DNA of 64,000 nt, taken from the human T2T-CHM13v2.0 reference genome, Homo sapiens. Of the stretch, positions 54,056 through 64,000 are shown piece by piece; position 1 is the stretch's first letter; the number at the start of each line of letters is the position of its first letter. Below the pieces are notes generated by a model that had not been told where the DNA came from, did not search any database, and saw nothing but the letters and a program-made list of their open reading frames with translations. The position numbers and the translations under genes were made by a program. The stretch is from assembly GCF_009914755.1 (NCBI RefSeq), contig NC_060930.1. The stretch is one strand, 5' to 3'.

Positions 54056-54941
54056 CTATGAAGCAAAACAATATCCACAAGGCGACTGGTTAGCCCCACG
54101 TAACCAACAAAGCAGAATGTTATAGTTCACACAGAAAGTAGTGATCCAATTTGCTAAGTATCTAAAACTGGACCAAGTTTTGAATGACCCCAGTCCAGTG
54201 GATATCAGTGGGTCCAAGAGTCTATGCCAAATAACATAATATCTCTGGGTCTGCTATTCTTGCCAAACCAAGGTTCTTCCTGACAAAAGTGAGCTCAGAG
54301 TAGAACCAAGTTTATCAAGTTTCAAGTTCATTAAGGCTATCCTTAATCCCAAAGGGAGTGAAATAATCACCTAGGTACACTTTTATGCTCCCCAAATCAA
54401 GAGTAAAATTGTCCGTTCAGTCCCAGGAATGTAACAATGTATGGTATGTACTTTGGGCTTGCTTCTAGAGTACTCTCATTGTGAATTTCCACTACGCACA
54501 TGCTCTCCCTTTTGACCCTCAGCTCGTATCTCAAAGATGGCTGGCTGTGGTAGTGGTTCCCATTTTTGTGGCTATGTGATGCAGGATCCATGCTATGTAA
54601 GGTAGCAGAGTCAGTAATGAGGAAAAAACCCCAGATATGGCCTTATTAGCAATATGCTTCAACCTACTGATTTAAAAGGCCTGAATACACATGGTCTTTG
54701 AACATATGGTCTTTATACATGGTCTATGTATAATGGCACGCTTTGTATTCAACCAAATAATTTCACAAACACAGGAAGACATTAACAAGGGATTTGCATA
54801 CACAGCCCTTCAACCCTAAACACATCACATTTGTAGTATCTTTTTTAAGATGCGGCATTTTGTTATCCAATTGGACGGTGAGTAAACCGCATAAACATTT
54901 AGAATGCTTTAAAATTTGTTTCCCTATTCCAAAAGTATTAC

Positions 54942-55173
54942 CTTTGGCAGATATGTCTTTATCAGTCCCCCCAGATCTAGCAATCATTTCCTCTCCCCTC
55001 TGTTTAAGAGTTTCATACAACGGCTGTAGCTTTTCCATGTCTACTGACACATTCTTATTTTCACTGATCTGTTCCTTGATCTTCTCAACCTCTGCAGAGA
55101 TAGAGGGTGGCTGCCTCAGACGTTCCACGATGCGTTCCAGGCTCTCAAGGATCTGATCTATCTTGTCATGGAA
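54942..55173 (-). CDS. DST: DST coding exon ([11 protein letters not shown]...DISAK), 232 nt
   Basis: Overlaps ORF 54763..55128; phase 0/1. Confidence 0.95.
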
Positions 55174-56496
55174 CTAGGGGCAAAACAAAGAGATCTTTTA
55201 TGGAAAAAAGATCTGTAATACCAAGTGTGAAATTTAAATGAAAAAACATTTTTTAAAATTTAATGTCAGAATTAAGAATAAATCTTAGCCTCTTTATCAA
55301 CAGACCCATTCAAAAGTTACATCCACCTGGTGTGTGAAGACATGCCTAAAATCATGAAGTATATGCACCTCTGTCACACTACCTATGTACAATAGACTTA
55401 GTTTCTTATGAATATTTGAGTGTATCCATTAAGAAATGGTATATATTAATATGTAATTGGACCAGGACGACATGGCAGCAATGTCTCTTTACCTGCTGCT
55501 TCATCCTGTTACCATAATTCAAATTAATTTTAAAAATCAAGTTCAATAAGCTGAGTATTTGTCTATTACAATGGATTGTTTACTTCATTTTTAATGAACT
55601 ATTATGGCATCCTGAAAAGTTATATTATTTAATGTGAAATTCATGGGAAGTTTTGATTAGATTCCAGGGAATCCTTAAGTTATGCATTTCCTGAATTGAA
55701 AAATGTTAAAAAAAATTTTAACAAAAAACCTCCCCAATGTTGTAACTTCTGATATAACAGAAGTTACAAGTGTCAGAAGTTTTTATTTACTTCATGGTTA
55801 AACACATAATCAGACACATGAGAGAATGTAAAATTTTTATTTGTAAAGGTTCCATAGACAATTAAGCAAAGCTATAAAAACTTGTTCATTCACATCTATG
55901 AATGAACTTTGTTCTATACTATCTCAAAGTTAAAGGAATAATCACACAGGATTGTGACACTGGCCCACTCTAATGTGCCATATCTAATAATGAAAACCAA
56001 ATCTTGAAAATGGAAAATCTTTGGGTATTTCAAAATTCAACTTCTTGAAAAAAGATATTTTCAGAAAAGAAAAAACCATCAATATCCAACTTTATATTCT
56101 TTTTCTTTTCATTTAGCCTATCATTCTTTCTTCTCATTGCCTTCTTGAGAGTATTTTATTAATAATTATAACACTTTCCTTTATCTCCCCCAATGGCAAA
56201 TATTACATTCTACTCAGGATGGACACTGAATTAAATATTCAGACAATGATGACAACTGCACGTTTCTTAAGTCATTGAAAATTATTTGTATTATATCTAT
56301 AAGCAGGCAGAGAAAGATAAGGAGATAAAGGCTGGATGCAAGCAAACATCACCTCTGAGGGACACAGACATCAATACTCAAGAGTGAATGTGGTGAAATA
56401 ATTTTAGTTAAAATTTAATCAGGAAATCCAGGAAAATGTCTTTCTGTGCTCTGTTGTCTGCAAGAACCCAATTCTATATCTAGTGTAAACAATTAC

Positions 56497-56700
56497 CTGA
56501 GTTGATTGAGAAATGGCTTCATCCAGTGCCACAGCACGCTTTTTGACATCTTCTTTAATTTGACTGTAAAGGGTGTCGGCTGCCACATACTTCTCTTGGA
56601 TAGAAAAGCCTTCCCCAGGGCTCAATTCCAGTAACTGTGGCCCAGTTTTGTTCATCTTATCTATATGAGGCTTGTGTTCAGCTATCAACTCACGCAGTTG
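56497..56700 (-). CDS. DST: DST coding exon ([15 protein letters not shown]...SQSTQ), 204 nt
   Basis: Overlaps ORF 56419..56688; tag acceptor, gtaatt donor. Confidence 0.95.
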
Positions 56701-58532
56701 CTATAACAAACCAAACAGCTTTTCAGTATCTCAGGGTCACACCTCCATATTACAGCTGTCTACACCTGCAATGCATCCAGCTGGCAAGAAACTCCAAACA
56801 AACCCCTCCCCATCACAAGGCATTTAACACATGATGGCTCATACAGCTCTTTGCCAGGAAGAGAAGGTCCTGACACAAAGATTAAACAACAGTCTGGTCA
56901 CACCAAAGACCCTTTAGGGTACAAAGATGCTGGTTCAGTGAAATAATGAATCCCAGTTTATTATGCATCTCATACCAAGAGTAGCACATTTTGACAAGAG
57001 CATTAGCCTAGGGTCATATTATATAAAAGTATTCTGAACTCGCTATGTCCCCAACCTACAGACACCAAGTCATATCTGATGGTGTTCTTTTCTGCACACT
57101 CATGATATATACAAAAATAGAAGAAAGAAAAAGAGAGAGAGAGAGAGACAAGACGGGGGGAAGGAGGGAGAAGGGAAGGAAGAAAAAAGAATAGAAAGAA
57201 GCTCAATATAAGTTAGATGCAATGCTGAGACAAAACCTCAAGATAAGGAATGTTAGGGTGATGTAAGCCCACAAGGCATTGCATTTATATATGCGGACTG
57301 ATATAAAATGAATGAACATGTATTACATTTTATATTTATGTATGAATCTATTCTATATATATATGATATATAGACACACATATGAATGAATCTATATTCA
57401 TTATTTTAAAATATTAAAGGCTGCAAGGGCAATCTATCAATACACAGCTATATACTGAGCATTGTTTGTAAGGTATATTTAAGGAAAAACACATGTCATA
57501 TGAATGTGCATAATTTTGCTAGCTAATCAAGAAATACAATGATATTTATACTAGTGCGTGGGTGTAGAATTCAAGTGGATCCCCATTCCCTTTAATAGAG
57601 AAGATGTGTTGGAAGCCTGAATAAAGCTAGAATACATACACCTCATGGATCCCATGGATTTCAATGAGCAGTTTTTCATGGGTCAAAACCAAAGCCACCC
57701 CCAGGGGGAAGATCTGCCTTTGCTTGCAGGTTTTTCTGAGGCTGGCCTCTGTGCAGCATTGAGGGGTCTTTCATTTGCACCACATTATTGATTAGGTTCC
57801 CTCATCAGCAGCTCTTTGTCCTCACCAGAATGTGTATCTCCAAACTCCAGCCCCTCACAAAAGCTTCTCTGGGGAATCTTACTTTCAGGAAAGATAGTCT
57901 AGAGATAAGCTACCAATCTTTTCCTGCAAACTCTAATTTCTATCAGTCACCAGGATGGCCACATACCTAGATTTTTATTGAAAGTGTCTACTAAAATCAA
58001 TTATGAGCATTATTTTGAGAACCTGTTGAGGAATTACATCATTAACTATCACCAATGTAATAAAATGTTTTTGAAGGTTTTCAAAAGACTGCCTCAAAAT
58101 AGTTTTAGAAAGGGCTAAATAAAGATGAATTCAATTTTAAAAGAAGGAAGAGTCTAATATAGCATGCTGCACATAAGAATGTGGGAGGGCCATGTTTGCA
58201 ATCTAGCTCCTGGGCGTCCCAGGCCAAGTTTTTATTTTTATTTGGCATAATTAGGTATCTTCATGCTGCTTTACCGAATGGAGGTGGTGATGGTATATCA
58301 GCTATAGATAATCTCATGGAAAAGGAAAACTGAAGATGTTACATACGTTCTCCTGTCAATGTTCTTTCAGGAATGCTTGGAAAACAAGCTTTCACTCAAG
58401 AGTTATCAAGAGACTCTCAAATAAAATGCTACATCTCTGCTGATATTTCTGGAGTTCCTTTGGGTCTAGGTAGATCTCACCTGTATAGCACCACTATAAG
58501 GCAACTTGGCTTGGCAAGTAGTGAGAGGAGCC

Positions 58533-58964
<432 letters not shown>

Positions 58965-59819
58965 GAGGACCCTTTTTTAAACCCTTCTTAAACCATTCCA
59001 TGACAGGCAAGAGAACACCTACCAGCCATCTACTCAGGTATGTGTGTGTATCAGAAAAGGGCCCAAAAGGAGATGCCTTTTGCCTTATATGTGACAAAAT
59101 GATTCTTGGCACATGCTGTCATAGGAGTCCAGTCATGCTGGAGCTATCTGGTGTGACTTGATATCTATCATGTGGTAACATGGCCCTTGGAGCCATTTTT
59201 CATTCCTGGCTAGAATGAACTAGATTTTCCCCCAAAATACATGGAGAAGATGCTGTAGAGCTGGAAAAGAAATGCCATCCTAGGAGGCTACAAATATTCT
59301 GCAACAGCAAAGCTTTTAGTTTAAACAATTTGAAGATGTGGCTACAAAGTTTTGTACCTCCCTTTATACAGACAATCACAAATTTGTTTTGAGAGCTTAA
59401 AGATTATGCAAAAAGGCAAAAAAACTCAATTTTTAAAATTTCAGCTCAATAATGAGCCTTTCCATACTATTTGATGCTATGCCAAAAATGTGGCTATTCA
59501 AATCACCTCAGCATAGAAATCCATGAAACATTTTTTATTTAAAATAATTCAGTAAGTAGATATCAGATTTCTGCCACAAATAAATCTTTATACAAAAATT
59601 GAATTCTACATACTTGTCTTTCTCCTGCTGAATCATTTAGATAGAACTCCATAAGATTCCTGTTCTATATTAAATAAAGTTAAAGTGTGGTCTCTAAAAC
59701 TCTCTTTTAAATAAATACTTCAGTATAGTCTTCAATGCCAATTCATTAAAAAGGTAAACAAACAAGATTAACAAGATGTCACATATTCCAAACAATGATG
59801 TAATAAACCCTGAATTGAA

Positions 59820-59874
59820 CTTTTCCCTCCCTTTCTCTCTCTCCCTCTCTCCCTCCTTCTCTCTTGGGCACAGG

Positions 59875-59915
<41 letters not shown>

Positions 59916-59945
59916 CCCCTCATGCAAATACACACACACATGCAC
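59820..59945 (+). repeat. Compound CT-rich / (CA)n microsatellite
   Basis: Visible directly in the sequence. Confidence 0.9.
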
Positions 59946-60750
59946 ACCATGATTAGTCTCAGAGTACATTCTGTACAGATCTGGAAGAGCAACTAGGTTC
60001 ACAAGTCCATAAATAGCAAGAAATCTAGTTTTTTTCTGACAGTCTGGAATGCTCTCTCACATAAACCCTTACAAAATTTTAAGCCATATTAACAATTAAG
60101 TGACTGCTGAAAAGAGGGCTTTATGTGCCATTTCATACATGTTTAAAATGTGATGTAACTGTAGTTGTAAATGTGCTCCTCCTACTTTACCCATTTACAC
60201 TTACAGGAACAAGAACTTCAAAGGAGTTCCATGTACCTAAGGTGAACAAAATAATCTGTCTTTATACTTCATCATTTTTCCTTTTCATAGCTTTCATAAT
60301 ATTGCTATTTTGACACATTCATTATATTACACATTTTCTCCAAACTCAATGGCCTTGTCTGTATAATGGTTCTCCCATATATTTCCACTCTGCATTTACA
60401 TTCTAAATGTATAAATTTAAAACAATTCAATGTGTGTAAATTGAAAGCACTTCAAAAGCTTAATCCTATAACATTTTTAAATGGGAATTTTTTCTATCTA
60501 GATGATTTATACTGCATATTTTATAAAAGTTGTGATGTAATTAATGACATATACAACAAGTATATCCACGAGTCTTCTCACTATAACCCTGTATAAGAAG
60601 CAATTATGAGGTAAGCAAATTACACAGACCAGAACACGGTATTCTAAAATGCCTTAATCATGTAAGTGTTTAACTGTACTAAAAACCACCATAAAAATCA
60701 TGATTCTCTTTTAATGGGGAATACAATATTCTCTTTCACACCAGGCTTAC

Positions 60751-60969
60751 CCGATGTTCTTCCTGCTGCTGCCTTAGAGTTTCATATTCAAGGGCTGGGG
60801 CGGGAAGCTGAGAGATGATTGATTGTGTTTCTGTCAGCCATGGCCAAAGTTCTTCATATGTTTCCCAGAATTGGTTAACCAGGGACTGTGCCCGTTCCAG
60901 CTGCAGATACCTTTCTGAATTAATCTGGCAGATGGTATCATAGTTCTTCAGTACCTTGTCCAGTTTTTT
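60751..60969 (-). CDS. DST: DST coding exon (KKLDKVLK...EEHR), 219 nt
   Basis: ttctag acceptor, gtaagc donor, spectrin-repeat Trp pattern. Confidence 0.94.
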
Positions 60970-61351
60970 CTAGAAAATAAAAGGATGAAATGTTTAACTG
61001 GTCAGGCCAACGAGCACACACACTCCAGAGTGCTCTGTCCAGCACAGTACACCTGGACAGAGTGGGCGTTTGACAAATATATGTTAAATGAATACATCAG
61101 TAAAAGCTATTCAGATTTTAATGGTTTATACGTACAAAAGTTCACTTTAAATTAAAGTGCCTCAAGTTTTTATGAATAAGACACTGAGATCTCCAAAAAC
61201 AATACACACAATTCTCCAGTCATTCTTACAATGGCTTCAAGATTAGAAAACAAGTCCCATATGATTCTGGCAACATATATTTTGCAGAAAAAAAATAAAG
61301 ACCACTTTTTGCAAATGAAATTGTCAAAATTTTTAGTTAACAAAATTTAAT

Positions 61352-61438
61352 TATATATATACACACACACATATATATGTGTATATGTGTATATATATGT
61401 GTGTGTGTATATATATATAGAAAGAGAGAGAGGGAGAG

Positions 61439-61483
<45 letters not shown>

Positions 61484-61502
61484 GAAGGAGAAAGAGAAAG
61501 AG
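61352..61502 (+). repeat. Compound (TA)/(CA)/(TG) plus (GA)/(GAGAAA)n microsatellite
   Basis: Visible directly; source of the spurious KEKEKE and FSFSFS ORFs. Confidence 0.95.
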
Positions 61503-62486
61503 GAATCAAAGCAGAACATTTGCCATTGTGCTATACACGGATTTAATGGGGTAGTCACAGTGATCTAGATTATGGTATAAACTCATAGCAAAAACTAATA
61601 GCAGAAGAAGATAAAGCACAATCATAACTCAATAAAACACAGAATAACAAAGAAATTATTTCATAACAATCTGTATTTTTCACATCAGAGTCTTTATAAA
61701 AATAATATTCAATTATAAACAAGCAAATTGCCATTGTAGAGTATAAATAAATAAAAGAGTGCATATCATTACATTGTGCATCCTATTATTTTATCTGTGG
61801 TCTACCTTAAAAGCAATGCATACTCTTTAAAATATGATTTTAGGCATAGAGATTCCTATTTTTTTTGCCATGCATGGGATATCTTTCCTACCAGAAGCAT
61901 GAATATGCATCAATTTCTTCAGGCTGCTTAGATGTCTGAATATGAATTGAACATTTTTATTTGTGGCTGGTTTTCTGCCAAATTAAAGGATAATTAAAAC
62001 TACACAAGCTGAATGCTTCCTTAATTACTCAGATCATATTTTCCCTATATAGCTTACTGTAACTTTATACAAAATGGATTTCAGCATTAGAGAGAGCCAC
62101 ATATTTTGGTTTTTATTAAGAGGCCCAAATGTCTCTGAAGCACATAAACAATAGTTGATACATATAAAAAACAATAATTTATACTGATAATAATGGTAAT
62201 AATACAGCTAACATTAACTGAATGCTTAATGCGTGCCAGTTAACCAAGGTCTCAAACCTTAATAGCCTTTGTGCCTATTCAAAAAGATTGTCCTCATAGT
62301 GATTCTCTTAAGAAATATTCCTTTCACTGTTATTCTATAAACTTGAAAAATGCCTTATTTAAACTAATTATTTTTGCTGCTTAAATGGCAGCTGTGGATA
62401 ACAGAGAAGTGTTTTTCTAGGACTGAAAGCTCAACACCTGCTGTTTTTTCAAGAGTCCCACTACCAGTCCACAGACAAGATTATAC

Positions 62487-62594
62487 CTTCATTGATTGCT
62501 TTTCCTCTTCACTGCATGCGGTCATGATTTTATGCCCAGATTTAACAAGGTCATCAATAATATCCTTGTGTCTCAAAATCTCCATGGTGAATGT
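62487..62594 (-). CDS. DST: DST coding exon ([10 protein letters not shown]...QSMK), 108 nt
   Basis: cag acceptor, gtataa donor, in frame. Confidence 0.93.
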
Positions 62595-62789
62595 CTGTGA
62601 TTTACCAAAATAAAGACAAAAAATAAAACAAGAAATTGTATGACTAAAATGAAAACAATTAGGCTAAGTAGTTAAAAATATCACGTTACACTAGAGGGGT
62701 CTTAAAAAGTAAATCATACAAGCACATTTTATAGAGTTGGAGCACACCAGCAAATAATTCATATGGCAATTGGAAATGTATTTCTTCAC

Positions 62790-62909
62790 CTTTTGAACTT
62801 GAAGCTGAGCAGAAGTCTGGTCTTGCTCAAGCCTGATGTCACCCAGAGACATCAATTTTTTTTCTGTTTCAGTAATCCAGGATAACTCAGCATCAGCTGC
62901 TTGGTCAAA
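62790..62909 (-). CDS. DST: DST coding exon, spectrin repeat ([11 protein letters not shown]...QVQK), 120 nt
   Basis: tttag acceptor, gtgaag donor, phase 0/0. Confidence 0.93.
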
Positions 62910-63539
62910 CTAAACAAAAGATAAATAATTAGGTCAGCACGTTCCCGTTCCTGATGCCAGAAAATACCTATCTACAGTTCTTTGAAATATCCTTATTACA
63001 CAAGTGGAAAATCCGAGCTTGTCTCCTCATGGCATCCTAAAATAATTCGTGATAATGACTAAATTTTAAAGAAAGGAGAACTTTCCACAGAGTAATTAAA
63101 CACAAGCTCTTAAAACATGCTGGATTTATAGCACTGCATTAATGATTTTAGGACAGCTAGCACTATTGCCTTCTTTTCAGGCAGTCTTAATAATTTGCAC
63201 CTTAGGAGTACTGTCCAAATCTAACAGTTATGAAAGCCAACAGCCAGGTACCATCTTTTAATCATTTCACCCATCACTTCAACTCCTATGATATGCAACT
63301 AACATTCTGCTATCAAAGTACATAGTTCCAAGCAAAAAGAATAGAATATCCCCATTTATTTATTATACTATTATGTTTATAAATGCATGTGTAAATATAC
63401 ATCTCTATATATGCAGAGTATACCCCTAAATGATTCATGTATAATTTTTAAGCATCTCATTTAATAATGGCAGAAAACATTTTTAAGAGCATTCTTAAAT
63501 ATTTTAATAAATGTTATTTTCCTGATCATAACAGTAATT

Positions 63540-64000
63540 AAAACAGTAATTTATAAGCACAGTACAAATTCATAAAGCAGAGAAAAACATACAGAAGAAA
63601 ATTAAAACCTAGATTTAACACTGCTGGTATTGTAGTGAATTTTCTTCCACAAATCAAGAGAGAAAGATTTGTAAAAAAAATGTCTGGGATGACACTGTAT
63701 AAACAGCTTCATATCCTGCTTTTTCATTTAGTATGAACATTTCCCATGTCATACTCCTTTAAATGTGATTTTTCAAATAATACCATTATATTCTAGCATA
63801 CCTGGATTTTCGTTTAAGCTTTCTGCATTTTTGTTATTATACAAACAACCCTATAATGAATATATTTGTATATAAATTTCTGTTGGCATCTCTAGTTAGT
63901 TCCTTAGTGTAGATTCCTAGAAGTGACTATCAAGTCAAAGAGCACGAACATTTTCAATGTCTTCCATCGGATAAACCCCAGTGCCTCCCATGAATAAAAT
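63540..64000 (-). mobile_element. Old L1M/L1ME-like fragment
   Basis: gatttcgtt...tttgttattatac...attcctagaagtg...gtcaaagag pattern. Confidence 0.5.

Noticed and set aside
55493-55505. Possible microexon ag|GATGAAGCAGCAG|gtaaag
   Set aside because: 13 nt (frameshifting) and no pyrimidine tract
58471-58505. Strong minus-strand donor CAG|GTGAGA next to the trimeric Alu
   Set aside because: Upstream acceptors are ambiguous, and the Alu is sense to DST, so typical Alu exonisation does not apply
59694-61568. CVCVCV, KEKEKE and FSFSFS ORFs
   Set aside because: Microsatellite translations

Overview
Human (primate) genomic DNA holding the 3' end of DST (dystonin/BPAG1, a spectraplakin) on the minus strand. 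I reconstructed 35 GT-AG coding exons by hand, from 62909 down to the TAG stop at 4288-4290. They total 5328 nt, give 1775 aa in one continuous frame, and every junction phase is consistent. They encode the last spectrin repeats, two EF-hands, the Zn-binding GAR/GAS2 microtubule-binding domain, GSR repeats and an SxIP (SKIP) EB-binding motif, followed by a ~770-nt 3' UTR. The introns carry Alu, L1, L2, MIR and Tigger-family elements plus microsatellites. No prokaryotic-type system, RNA gene or CRISPR array is present, and most ORFs in the supplied track are exon fragments or noise. The best leads are RNA-processing hypotheses: (1) an inverted Alu pair tightly flanking a 654-nt, stop-free block of four exons equal to two spectrin repeats (circRNA or exon skipping); (2) a perfect U1 site in the 3' UTR with a matching downstream acceptor; (3) frame-preserving cassette exons and competing splice sites in the microtubule-binding tail; (4) possible antisense splice signals. 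An unusually diverged AluYa5 and a trimeric Alu are also notable. Repeat subfamily calls come from memory of consensus sequences and their boundaries are approximate.
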